In this document: one piece after another, positions 48,966 through 60,685 of the stretch
Numbering within the stretch: position 1 is the stretch's first letter
How the letters are laid out: each line of letters opens with the position of its first letter
Assembly (NCBI RefSeq): GCF_006345805.1
Contig: NC_043006.1
Span: forward strand, 19,902,001-19,966,000
Reading direction: 5' to 3'
Source of the DNA: Octopus sinensis
Lineage: Eukaryota
DNA: 64,000 nt
The notes under the pieces: generated by a model
Told to the model about the DNA's origin: nothing
Seen by the model: only the letters and a program-made list of their open reading frames with translations
Databases searched by the model: none
Program-made: the position numbers and the translations under genes

Positions 48966-49197
48966 AGCGCCTAACATTTGAATTTTCAACTGTTAGCATA
49001 CAACAGATCCTCATCCAGACCTGCTCTCAATGCTGGATGTTCAAGAACCAAATGAAGGGCAGATTTTCAATCCAGGGATCATCCTGAATCCAGAAACATA
49101 TAATATGTCTATGAGAAGCAAGATACAGGAGTCTTGGATGGATGGACAGACAGAATTTCACATTTATTATTATAGAAGATTAAAACTATATATCATT

Positions 49198-49371
49198 ATA
49201 GGCGTAGGAGTGGCTGTGTGGTAAGTAGCTTGTTTACCAACCACATGGTTCCAGGTTCAGTCCCACTGCATGGCACCTTGGGCAAGTGTCTTCTACTATA
49301 GCCTCGCGCCGACCAAAGCCTTGTGAGTGGATTTGGTAGACGGAAACTGAAAGAAGCCTGTTGTATATATG

Positions 49372-49408
<37 letters not shown>

Positions 49409-49613
49409 TTGTGTGTTTGTCCCCCTAGCATTGCTTGACAACCGATGCTGGTGTATTTATGTCCCCGTTACTTAGCGGTTCGGCAAAAGAGACCGATAGA
49501 ATAAGTACTGGGCTTACAAAGAATAAGTCCCGGGGTCGATTTGCTCGATTAAAGGCGGTGCTCCAGCATGGCAGCAGTCAAATGACTGAAACAAGTAAAA
49601 GAGTAAAAGAGTA
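49198..49613 (+). mobile_element. SINE-A
   Basis: Full-length family match. Confidence 0.93.
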
Positions 49614-49879
49614 TCATATATTCAGATCTTGTTAAAGCAATTGTGTTGTTGTGTGGACAAAAGTATTTAACACACTACATTTTCTAAGTTTTCTGGTTGA
49701 ACAAAACTTAGGCTCCATTTGTTACTGCATGTTTGAAAAGTTAGCAATAAAAATGCAAAATTTATTGCTTTCACAAGTAAACTATCTCACATTGAATAAT
49801 GAATGGATAACTGCAAAATGAAACAGTGCCACATATTTGATAATGAATGGATGGTTGCAAAAATTAAACTGTCCCATAT

Positions 49880-50269
49880 GGATGGATGGAAGCACTCCGT
49901 CGCTTACGACGATGAGGGTTCCGGTTGATCCGATCAACGGAACAGCCTGCTCATGAAATTAACGTGTAAGTGGCTGAGCACTCCACAGACACGTGTACCC
50001 TTAACGTAGTTCTCGGGGATATTCAGCGTGACACAGAGAGTGACAAGGCCAGCTCTTTGAAATACAGGTACAACAGAAACAGGAAGTAAGAGTGAGAGAA
50101 AGTTGTGGTGAAAGAGTACAGCAGGGATCACCCCCCCCCCTGCCGGAGCCTCGTGGAGCTTTAGGTGTTTTCGCTCAATAAACACTCACAACGCCTGGTC
50201 TGGGAATCGAAGCCGCGATCCTATGACCGCGAGTCCACTGCCCTAACCACTGGGCCATTGTGCCTCCAC
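49880..50269 (-). mobile_element. SINE-C (tail variant 2) with 15-bp TSD
   Basis: TAAACTGTCCCATAT at 49865-49879 and 50270-50284. Confidence 0.94.
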
Positions 50270-51191
50270 TAAACTGTCCCATATATTGAGTAATGGAGGG
50301 ATAGATGAATGGAGGGATGGTGATGAAATTTAATCAAAGCAAAAATTAGAATGGAAGACACAAGTATAGTGTGTTTATTGAGTGAGAGCGAGAGAGTGAG
50401 AAACTGACAGATGCATGGCCACCAATATCAAATTATTACTCCTTTAATATGTAAATGTCCATATTGACAAGGATTGTCCCATCTGTATAGTGATGTGAAA
50501 AAATACGCTATTGTAAAACTATGAAATAAGCAAAGGTGAAGAAAAACTCACACACACACATTCGTGTGCATGTGCTTGCACACAGCAAGTTGGCAGAGTT
50601 GTTGGGGTTTGGGATGAAATGACTTGCAACATTTGTTCTAACTCTCTACGTTCTGTGTTCAATTCCCACCATAATCACTCTGCCTTTCATTCTTTTAGAG
50701 TTAATAAAACAAAATATGCCAACCCAGGGTGGTGAATTGGTATATTGTCAGGACATACACTACGGTATATGTCCTGAGATTTTGCATCCTGCATTCAATT
50801 CATCTCAAGGTCTACTTATTACTTTACTTAACGCTAACACCTAGCACCTTGGGTATCTTTGGAAGAGACTACTCTGTTGCAAGCATTCAGACTAGGACTC
50901 TGTTTCAAAGATACGTTCTTCATTCTCCCAACAGTGCCTTCCTTCCTGGCTAAGTGCCTTCCTTCCTGACTAAAAGTGCCTTCCTTCCTGACTAAAAGAG
51001 GAATAAAAAAAAAGTCTTACACAGACATATACACACAAAGAAAAGAACATCCACCACACACACATACATACACGAGCACACACATATACACATAAAAACA
51101 CATTATACACATGCACACATACACTTCTTCCCTCATTAAGATTCATGTGCCATTTCTGGAAGCAGTAAAGATGAAACAATAAAGAACTAAC

Positions 51192-51273
51192 CATTAAATA
51201 TCACAGCAAACTGTTTTGCCAAGCCCTGTTGGTCTAGCCATCGAACTACATCAGCTGTGCTCCATTTTTTTAA
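51192..51273 (-). CDS. 82-nt exon encoding the SAM domain N-terminal half
   Basis: ttttttgtgtattttcag acceptor, G|gttagt donor, phase 0-1, LKKWSTADVVRWLDQQGLAKQFAVIFN fits the SAM W..EDV..WL...GL..Y...F pattern. Confidence 0.9.
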
Positions 51274-51416
51274 CTGAAAATACACAAAAAACATTCAAGG
51301 GTAAAAATTAAGCAAGCTACTTCATCTTACTTCTTATGGATAAATATTTATTTGATCACAAAACTTTCAATAAATAAATTTTTGTAAGCATTTGAAGATA
51401 TTCAAAAATTGTTAGT

Positions 51417-51504
51417 GCGTCCCCAAAGTCCATCCCCTCCTCACCGTGGTGGGGACGCTGGCAACGGGTAGTGTCAGAGCTATGCCATCGGGAACTTCGG
51501 TTCC
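51417..51504 (+). other. Compact GC-rich island with three predicted stems
   Basis: GCGTCCCCA/TGGGGACGC, TGGCA/TGCCA, GGAAC-TTCG-GTTCC. Confidence 0.4.
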
Positions 51505-51584
51505 TGGCTACCTCTCAGATTTACTTTTTTAAAGTGATATCCTTTTGATCTTTTTGTAAAATTTTAATAAATCTTTCTAGCATT

Positions 51585-51870
51585 ATCATCATCATCATCA
51601 TCATCGTTTAGCGTCCGCTTTCCATGCTAGCATGGGTTGGACGGTTGAACTGGGGTCTGGGAAGCCAGAAGGCTGCACCAGGCCCAGTCTGATCTGGCAA
51701 TGTTTCTATAGCTGGATGCCCTTCCTAACGCCAACCACTCCGTGAGTGTAGTGGGAGCTTTTTACATGCCACCGGCATAGGTCCCAGACGAGGCTGGCAA
51801 ACGGCCATGATCGGATGGTGCTTTTTATGTGCCACTGGCACAGAGGCCAGGCGAGGCTGGCAATGGCCAT
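51585..51870 (-). mobile_element. RTE-related element
   Basis: (CAT)n tail and family motifs. Confidence 0.88.
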
Positions 51871-51961
51871 TATGGTTCTAAATATTTAATGTATTTTTTT
51901 TTAATGACAAAATTTCATTTTTATTTTTAAAAAAGTAGAAAGAGATATGAGGAATGATTAC

Positions 51962-52017
51962 CTCTTGTGGTAAACTTTTATAATTTTCATTTAGGAATTG
52001 AACAGGTACATCGGAAG
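51962..52017 (-). CDS. 56-nt exon preceding the SAM domain
   Basis: tttttgtgttctttcag acceptor, GAG|gtaatc donor, phase 1-0, (A)SDVPVQFLNENYKSLPQE. Confidence 0.82.
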
Positions 52018-52494
52018 CTGAAAGAACACAAAAACGTATATTAATATATACTTAGAAGTGGATGCGTGCGTTCTATTATATAATAACAAAATAATAAATA
52101 GAACATAAGCATATATACATACATATATGTACGTACCTACATCTATATGTATATATACATGCATATATGGGTAACGCAGAGTAGATGAAACAGAGGCAGC
52201 TGAAGAAGGGGAATGTTCCTTGTGTTGTATGTCTTGTACTCTATTTTTTCATTGTTTAAGAAAAATGTCCATTTCCTTGGTTTTGTGTTTATGTTTTCGT
52301 TTTTCATTGTGTTCGACATTTTTTTTTTTTGGATTATGCATGTATATATATATATACATATAGACAGTCTGTGCATCAGGATTATTAAGGCTGTCCCACT
52401 GAAGAAAACTTGCCTTCGGCAAATATATTTTTTTTTGCTGGAAATAGTTAGAAACCATCGGTCTGGGATATAGTTGAGATGGTAAATGTTTTTA

Positions 52495-52712
52495 ATTTTC
52501 ATTCAACGGCAGTAATTTTATTCAGCTGAATACATGTCATTGATTGGTTGAACTTACCGAAATACAACTACTTTAACACAAAATAACTTTGAAAATATAA
52601 ACTTTTCTCAACAACACTAAGAGAAAAAGATGTTTTATATGACACATTCTACCAGTGTACAAAGTTTGAAAGTGTTTAGTTACAAAAAATTAATTTCTCA
52701 ATCTGCCATTCA
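52495..52712. mobile_element. MITE-P3
   Basis: Inverted homologue of 58873-59100. Confidence 0.7.
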
Positions 52713-53511
52713 AAGGGAAAAGATCCAAATTCTTACTATCAGGTAACTAACTTCATGTTATTACATAACTGACTTCACAATATGGGTATTCATAACTTAT
52801 TGGGAATTCCTAAAGACAAGACCCTGTGTAAGACAGTTTGGTATTCTCTGAAAATGCACAAAAACCGTTTTAAGGGCTACATAATTTGTATTGTTGTTAT
52901 TGGATTAGTGAAACAATTATGAGAATGGAACCAAGAGATAAGCCCTGCTTTCCCGAGAATTATCAGGTACATCAGCTAGTATATATATATGTGTGTGTGT
53001 ATGTGTGCATATACATATATATATATACACACACATACACAGTATCTCACAGAAGTATGTACACTCCTATAAAATTTCAGTAAAATTGCCATTACTTTGA
53101 TAATATCAAAGGAAATCAAACAGAATTTTTAATGAATAAAATATATTATACATCCAAACATTATACAAACTTGGAACACAAAACAATAAACATTTCCAAA
53201 GATATGAACGAAATATTAATTTTCAAACGTTACAAAAATATGTACACCCAAAAGGAAATTTGCTATATTCAATATTTTATCCACTTTTTTTTTGTTTTAC
53301 TAAATTCAGATATTGCTGATAATTTCAATTCTAATAAATTATTTCTACTGGAATTTTTGCACCAGTCATTGTTATTGCATCTGCAGGAATTCCGAGTTGT
53401 GTACCATGGTGAAAATCTTCATTGCGATTAAAATGACATCAAAAGGAAAAGAATTGTCTGAAGATTTGAAGAAAATTATTTTTAATTTGCTCAAGAATGG
53501 TTTAGAATATG

Positions 53512-53745
53512 TATTTCTTTACTACCCACAAGGGGCTAAACACAGAGAGGACAAACAAGGACAGACAAACGGATTAAGTCGATTACATCGACCCCAGTGC
53601 GTAACTGGTACTTAATTTATCGACCCCGAAAGGATGAAAGGCAAAGTCGACCTCGGTGGAATTTGAACCCAGAACGTAACGGCAGACGAAATACGGCTAC
53701 GCATTTCGCCCGGCATGCTAATGTTTCTGCCAGTTCGCCGTGTCT
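53512..53745 (-). mobile_element. SINE-B in Tc1 with 15-bp TSD
   Basis: ATGGTTTAGAATATG at 53497-53511 and 53746-53760. Confidence 0.95.
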
Positions 53746-54047
53746 ATGGTTTAGAATATGAGTTAATAAGCAAAAGAATACATATTAGTGTAAACACCGT
53801 TGCCAAAGCTACTGGACAGCTAAGCAATAAAGACCATCCAGGTTGTCCTTCTATTTTAACTGCATGTGATATTTGCCACATCCAACATTGCATGATGGAT
53901 GACAGGTGTCATATTACTTCATCTTTGGCCCAAAAAGTGTCTTCTGTTAGTGGAAAGAGTGTATCTGCCCAAACAGTTTGCTGAAGTTTGAACCAGTGTG
54001 GTCTTCATGAACTTGTAGGAAACCGCTCCACACTACCAAGCATAAAT

Positions 54048-54281
54048 AAAGGCGGCGAGCTGGCAGAATCGTTAGCACGCCAGGCGAAATGCTTAGCGGT
54101 ATTTTGTCTGCCGCTACGTTCTGAGTTCAAATTCTGCCGAGGTCGACTTTGCCTTTCATCCTTTCAGGGTCGATAAATTAAGTACCAGTTTTGCACTGGG
54201 GTCGATGTAATCGACTTAATCCCTTTGTCTGTCCTTGTTTGTCTCCTCTGTGTTTAGCCCATTGTGGGTAGTAAAGAAAGA
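54048..54281 (+). mobile_element. SINE-B in Tc1 with 16-bp TSD
   Basis: ACTACCAAGCATAAAT at 54032-54047 and 54282-54297. Confidence 0.95.
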
Positions 54282-54539
54282 ACTACCAAGCATAAATCAA
54301 GTCATCTTTCTTTTGCCAAAACCTATGTGAGTGAATGGAAGGTGTTTTGGAATAAAGTTCTTTTTCCTGACAAGACTAATATCAACTTATTTGGGTCAGA
54401 TGTTATTTAACAAGTATGGCGACAACCAGGTGAAGATAATAGTGACAAATGCACCGTAACTACCATGAAATTTTTTAGGGGTATACATACTTCAGTGAGA
54501 TACTGTATATATATATATTATATATATATATATATATTC

Positions 54540-54938
54540 TCGTTTACTCTTTTACTTGTTTCAGTCATTTGACTGCGGCCATGCTGGAGCACCGCCTTTA
54601 GTCGAGCAAATCGACCCCGGGACTTATTCTTTGTAAGCCCAGTACTTATTCTGTCGGTCTCTTTTTGCCAAACCGCTAAGTGACAGGGACGTAAACACAC
54701 CAGCATCGGTTGTCAAGCAATGCTAGGGGGACAAACACAGACACACAAACACACACACATATATATATATACATACGACAGGCTTCTTTCAGTTTCCGTC
54801 TACCAAATCCACTCACAAGGCATTGGTCGGCCCGGGGCTATAGCAGAAGACACTTGCCCAAGATGCCACACAGTGGGACTGAACCCGGAACCATGTGGTT
54901 GGTTAGCAAGCTACTTACCACACAGCCACTCCTGCGCC
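54540..54938 (-). mobile_element. SINE-A
   Basis: Full-length family match. Confidence 0.93.
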
Positions 54939-54949
54939 TATATATATAT

Positions 54950-55531
54950 AAAATCAAAATCAAAAATCAAACCAAATCAAAATAGATGAACATCAATGGA
55001 ATTTGTATCTTTGTGGTACCAGTGCCGGTGGCACACAAGAAAACCATCCGAACGTGGCCGTAGCCAGTACCACATCGACTGGCCTCCGTGCTGTGGGCAC
55101 GTAACAAACACCATCCGATCGTGGCCGTTCGCCAGCCTCATCTGGCACTTGTGTCGGTGGCACATAAAAACACCATCCGAGCGTGGCCGTCTGCCAGCCT
55201 CGTCTGGCACCTGTGTCGGTGGCACATAAAAACACCATCCGAGCGTGGCCGTCTGCCAGCCTCGTCTGGCACCTGTGTCGGTGGCACATAAAAAACACCA
55301 TCCGAGCGTGGCCGTTCGCCAGCCTCGTCTGGCACCTGTGTCGGTGGCACATAAAATCACCCACTACACTCTCGGAGTGGTTGGCGTTAGGAAGGGCATC
55401 CAGCTGTAGAAACACTGCCAGATCTGACTGGCCTGGTGCAGCCTTCGGGCTCCCCAGACTCCAGTTGAACCGTCCAACCCATGCTAGCATGGAAAGCGGA
55501 CGTTAAATGATGATGATGATGATGATGATGA
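54950..55531 (+). mobile_element. RTE-related element with a young ~57-bp internal tandem array
   Basis: Near-identical CACCATCCGAGCGTGGCCGT..GGCACATAAAAA units; (GAT)n tail. Confidence 0.9.
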
Positions 55532-55547
55532 TATATATATATATATA

Positions 55548-55944
55548 CTTAATCATATCGAAGGGAACTGGAAATTAATAGAAATTTTCACTTCCAGTGG
55601 CCTAGTGTGTAAAAATTTAGTCCAAAGACTAAGTATTACTTGTAAAATACAGTGTACTTTTAAACACATAAGGAATCCCCACATGGGATTCAACACGCTA
55701 GTAAGAACAGCTAGGTTCTATAACCACAAAATTGGGGATAAAATCTCGACAGGAATGAAATTTTGTGGTTATAGAACCAAGCTGTTCTTTCTAGCATGTT
55801 GAATCCCACGAGTGGATTCCTTATGTGTTTAAATGTACACTGTATTTTACAAGTAATACTTAGTCGTTGGACTAAATTTTTACACGCTAAGCCACTGGAA
55901 GTGAAAATTTCTATTAACTTCCATTTCCCTTTGATATGATTAAG
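55548..55944. mobile_element. Fold-back MITE (~185-bp arms, TA flanks)
   Basis: TA|CTTAATCATATC...GATATGATTAAG|TA; partial relative at about 56600-56692. Confidence 0.88.
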
Positions 55945-56042
55945 TATTGTAAGTCTTTGGATAATTTCTCAAATTTTTAAAGTTGGCATTTTTTTATTGC
56001 TGACGAGGAGCTGCATCTGCAAAGTAGAGTTTGAAAAAATTA

Positions 56043-56435
56043 GGGGCAGGAGTGGCTGTGTGGTAAGTAGCTTGCTAACCAACCACATGGTTCTGGGTTC
56101 AGTCCCACTGCGTGGCATCTTGGGCAAGTGTCTTCTGCTATAGCCCCGGGCCGACCAATGCCTTGTGAGTGGATTTGGTAGACGGAAACTGAAAGAAGCA
56201 TGTCGTATATATGTATATATATGTATGTGTGTGTCTGTGTTTGTCCCCCTAGCATTGCTTGACAACCGATGCTGGTGTGTTTACGTCCCCGTCACTTAGC
56301 GGTTCGGCAAAAGAGACCGATAGAATAAGTACTGGGCTTACAAAGAATAAGTCCCGGGGTCGATTTACTTGACTAAAGGCAGTGCTCCAGCATGGCCGCA
56401 GTCAAATGACTGAAACAAGTAAAAGAGTAAAGAGT
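56043..56435 (+). mobile_element. SINE-A
   Basis: Full-length family match. Confidence 0.93.
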
Positions 56436-56804
56436 ATGTATAAACAAGAAGCACATAGTTGATTGCCTTGTGTTTTATATATTTAATCTAAGGTGTACCT
56501 GTTGATGAAGATTTCACCTAGCGAATATTATTTATTTGCTAAACTAAAATCAGAAACCAATTGGTCCAGGAAACTAGATAGTAAAAGTTTTTATTTTTTC
56601 ATTTCGTTCCTGTCGGGATGTTATCCCCAATTTTGTGGCTATAGAACCTAGCTGTTCTTTTTAGCGTATTGAATCCCACGAGTGGATTCCTGAGAGACAG
56701 ATAGAATATAGAATACACTTCATAGTGCTCAAGGCATTTAAACTTAAGCAGGTAACTCCTATACATATAAAAAAACAAAAGAAAGACAGGTGTATTAATT
56801 TAAC

Positions 56805-57135
56805 AGCGTGGCTCAGTGGTTAGAGCGTCGAGCTTACAATCCTGAGGTTGTGAGCTCGAATCCCGGACCGGGCTGCGTGTTGTGTTCTTGAGCAAGACAC
56901 TTTATTTCACGTTGCTCCAGTTCACTCAGCTGTAGAAATGAGTTGCGACGTCACAGGTGCCAAGCTGTATCGGTCCTTGCCTTTCCCTTGGACAACATCG
57001 GTGACGTGGAGAGGGGAGGCCGGTATGCATGGGCGACTGCTGGTCTTCCAATAAAACAACCTTGCCCAGACTTGTGCCTCAGAGAGTAACTCTCTAGGTG
57101 CAAACCCATGGTCAGTGTCTGACCGAAGGGGGTCA
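56805..57135 (+). mobile_element. SINE-D (tRNA-derived)
   Basis: GCGTGGCTCAGTGGTTAGAGC head, GCTCGAATCCC B-box-like, TTCTTGAGCAAGACACTT core. Confidence 0.88.
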
Positions 57136-57675
57136 CCATCACCATCACGGGAAGAATGGAAAAATCTTTGATATTTTGAGCCTACACTCTTTGATAGAAA
57201 GGATTGAGAGGAAAAACGGAGAGAAAAATGTGTAAGGATTAACCGTACAACATGATATATAGCAAACACACACACACACACATGCACACACACACACATT
57301 GCAGAGAGAAGGAGAAAGTGAGAGACATATAAGATATGACATCATTTATTTCATCACTACATATCTTTCAAGACCACACTGTTGCAAGCTAAACTTCTTA
57401 ACTACACACCATGCTTTGGCTGCATTCTACTGTTGCCACAAATGCATACACACTCACTACGTGCACAAATATTACTTTCCCCATTAACACATCCTCTATC
57501 ATTTATTAATGATATGTATTACTCACTCTTACCATTACCCAGCTCTATTACTATCCATTTCTCTCTCTTCACACATTAATCTTTTTTCTATCCCCCTTTC
57601 CTCTTCCTCTCTCGCTCCCTTTTTCTCTTTTCCCGTCAGGGTGCCACTCATGCAGTTTTTATTCAACATCCTTAC

Positions 57676-57754
57676 CAACAATCCTCATGTAGCAGTTTCC
57701 CATATTCTTTCCTTCATTACTCTCAATTCTACCAGCTAGAGAAGATAAAACTCT
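57676..57754 (-). CDS. Candidate alternative 79-nt exon
   Basis: ttgtttgttcaccaactccag acceptor, G|gtaagg donor, phase 0-1, RVLSSLAGRIESNEGKNMGNCYMRIV. Confidence 0.4.
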
Positions 57755-57997
57755 CTGGAGTTGGTGAACAAACAAATGTATGAAGGTAATGTAGGGTAGT
57801 GAGGACTCTCACTCTTTCCTCCTGCATCTTACAGCTCACCTGCGACAGACCAGCGTCCCGTCCAGGTGGGGAACCTATACGCCAAGGAAACCGGGAAACT
57901 GGCCCTTATGAGCCATGCATGGCTCGAGAAGGAACAAACAAACAACAAACAAGACACTGGCCAATGCATGATGCTGTATATGCGTGTTTATATATAC

Positions 57998-58208
57998 TCT
58001 CTCTTTACTCTTTTACTTGTTTCAGTCATTTGACTGCGGCCATGCTGGAGCACCGCCTTTAGTCGAGCAAATTGACCCCGGGACTTATTCTTTGTAAGCC
58101 CAGTACTTATTCTATCGGTCTCTTTTGCCGAACCACTAAGTGACGGGGACGTAAACACACCAGCATCGGTTGTCAAGCAATGCTAGGGGGACAAACACAG
58201 ACACACAA

Positions 58209-58244
<36 letters not shown>

Positions 58245-58407
58245 GACAGGCTTCTTTCAGTTTCCGTCTACCAAATCCACTCACAAGGCATTGGTCGGCC
58301 CGGGGCTATAGCAGAAGACACTTGCCCAAGATGCCACGCAGTGGGACTGAACCCGAAACCATGTGGTTGGTTAGCAAGCTACGTACCACACAGCCACTCC
58401 TGCGCCT
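57998..58407 (-). mobile_element. SINE-A
   Basis: Full-length family match. Confidence 0.93.
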
Positions 58408-58484
58408 ATATATGTATAAACTAAAACTATAGGATTGCAAGGTGAACTTTTTAACCACTTGGTTATGGCTATAGCTATGAATGA

Positions 58485-58615
58485 ATGAATGAATGAATGA
58501 ATGAATGGATGGATGGATGGATGGATGGATGGATGGATGGACGGACGGACGGACGGACGGACGGACGGACGGACGGACGGACGGACGGACGGACGGACGG
58601 ACGGACGGACGGACA
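58485..58615. repeat. Stepwise (GAAT)n-(GGAT)n-(GGAC)n microsatellite
   Basis: Direct reading. Confidence 0.95.
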
Positions 58616-58872
58616 AATAGATGGATAGTTATATGAACAGCTGGATAGATGGACAGAGGAGTGGACAGTTGGATAAACAGATGAATAAATGGATGAATAG
58701 TTATTTACTTTGAATTGGTATTATCTCATATCTGATTAGCCTGCTATTACGTAACATGCTTCATGATTTTAGTATACATACCATATTAGTATTTCCTCCT
58801 AAGTACTATATACTCTGGGAATGCATTAATTCCCTTTTCGGGGCTACTTTATTTGAATTCTTGGATCTTTAA

Positions 58873-59100
58873 CCCTTTGAATGGCAGATTGAGAAATTAA
58901 TTTTTTGTAAACTAAACACTTTCAAACTTCGGACACTGGTAGAATGTGTCATAAAAAACATCTTTTACTCTTAGTGTTGTTGAGAAAAGTTTGTATTTTC
59001 AAAGTTATTTCATGTTAAGGCTGTCATATTTCAGTAATTTCAACCAATCAATGACGTGTATTCAGCTGATTAAAATTACTGCCGTTGTTTGTCAACAACA
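58873..59100. mobile_element. MITE-P3 (piggyBac-type left end)
   Basis: TTAA|CCCTTTGAATGGCAG start; homologous to 52495-52712. Confidence 0.72.
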
Positions 59101-59176
59101 ACAACTGTGTGTGTGTGTGTAAAAACAAATAATGTTTTCTATATTCTTAACTAACAAAAATAGTAAAGAAACCTAC

Positions 59177-59340
59177 CAGCAGATGGATGGGCAAAAGACT
59201 GGCTTCCATAGTTAGAGGGTTCATCCAGTACACTGGAGACTGTTTTCAGGGTTAGCTTCTTTTTGGGTGTGTATCCTTGTTGTTCCCATCGTTGCATCGG
59301 GGTAAACAACTGCTTACTCACAAAGACAGGGGCCAATATA
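59177..59340 (-). CDS. 164-nt exon, most upstream exon found
   Basis: cttctttttcgtcttccag acceptor, G|gtaggt donor, phase 2-1, ILAPVFVSKQLFTPMQRWEQQG...FAHPSA; joins 52017 in frame. Confidence 0.7.
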
Positions 59341-59499
59341 CTGGAAGACGAAAAAGAAGTCATGTGAGCATCTCAAGTTTACTGCAAACCAGATTATAAG
59401 TATTTCTAACAAGTAGATAGAAAGATAGTCTATATACCAAAATATAAAATTTGTAAAAAACGTAATAATAATGCTCAAAAAAAATTTTTTTTTAATTTA

Positions 59500-59532
59500 A
59501 ATAATAATAATAATAATAATAATAGTAATAAT

Positions 59533-59567
<35 letters not shown>

Positions 59568-59635
59568 TAATAGTAGTAGTAGTAGTAGTAGTAATAATAA
59601 TAATAATAATAATAATAGTAATAATAATAATAATA

Positions 59636-59674
<39 letters not shown>

Positions 59675-59938
59675 GTAATATAATTGTAATAATAATAATA
59701 AAATAATAATAATAATATAATTAATAATTAATAATAATAAATAATATTGTAATAATAATAATAATAATTGTAATATAATTGTAATAATAATAATAATTGT
59801 AATAATAATAATAATAATTGTAATAATAATTGTAATAATAATAATAGTAATAATAATAGTAATAGTAATAATAATAATAATAATTGTAATAATAATAATA
59901 AAAATGTAATAATAATAATAATAATTGTAATAATAATT

Positions 59939-59971
<33 letters not shown>

Positions 59972-60039
59972 TAATAATAATAATAATAATAATTGTAATA
60001 ATAATTGTAATAATAATAATAGTAATAGTAATAATAATG

Positions 60040-60093
<54 letters not shown>
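59500..60093. repeat. ~600-bp (TAA)n with TAG/TTG variants
   Basis: Direct reading. Confidence 0.97.
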
Positions 60094-60095
<2 letters not shown>

Positions 60096-60445
60096 CCTTT
60101 CTACTAAAGGCACAAGGCCTGAAATGTCGGGGGAGGGGACATTACACTGATCTCAGTGTTAATGATGCTGCCAGCTCACCACCTTAATAATAATAATAAT
60201 AATAATAATTAAGTTGTTTATTGGCCACAAGGGCTAACAAAAATCAATTAAAACATAAAGGGACAAAACACAGGACAAAAGTTACAAAGGGCTTTATAAT
60301 AATAATAATAATAATTCAACATCCTTAAACAACCTTTATTCAAGGGCCATTTGAGAGGGATGGGCTACTTGACCTGACGAAAATTCTAATTGGGCCCAAC
60401 CTGCAAGGTCATGTGCTGTTTATCTTGATATGAGATAGACAGAAA

Positions 60446-60644
60446 GTAGATAGAAAGTTAGTCTATACCAAAATATGAAATTGATAAAAAACGTAATGAT
60501 AATGCTCAAAGAATTTTTTTTATAATAATAATAATAATAATAATAATCCTTTCTACTAAAGGCACAAGGCCTGAAATGTCGGGGGGGGAGGGGACTAGTC
60601 GATTACACTGATCTAAGTGTTAATGATGCTGCCAGCTCACCGCC

Positions 60645-60685
<41 letters not shown>

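Larger units (their letters stand above)
53040..54505 (+). mobile_element. Tc1-like transposon relic
   Basis: CAGTATCTCAC...GTGAGATACTG|TA TIRs; degenerate MTSKGKELSEDLK..., VSAQTV and VWRQPGE transposase pieces. Confidence 0.88.

Noticed and set aside
52195-52275. CTGAAGA followed by a hairpin
   Set aside because: No GAAA after the stem and no stem I partner; at most a decayed remnant
52790-52847. Strong minus-strand acceptor ggtttttgtgcattttcag
   Set aside because: No good donor gives the phase-1 end needed for exon 52017
56690-56748. Strong minus-strand acceptor near 56749
   Set aside because: Only weak donors follow; not needed for the reading frame
56805-56880. tRNA-like sequences here and at SINE-A/B/C heads
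   Set aside because: No complete cloverleaf; they continue directly into SINE bodies
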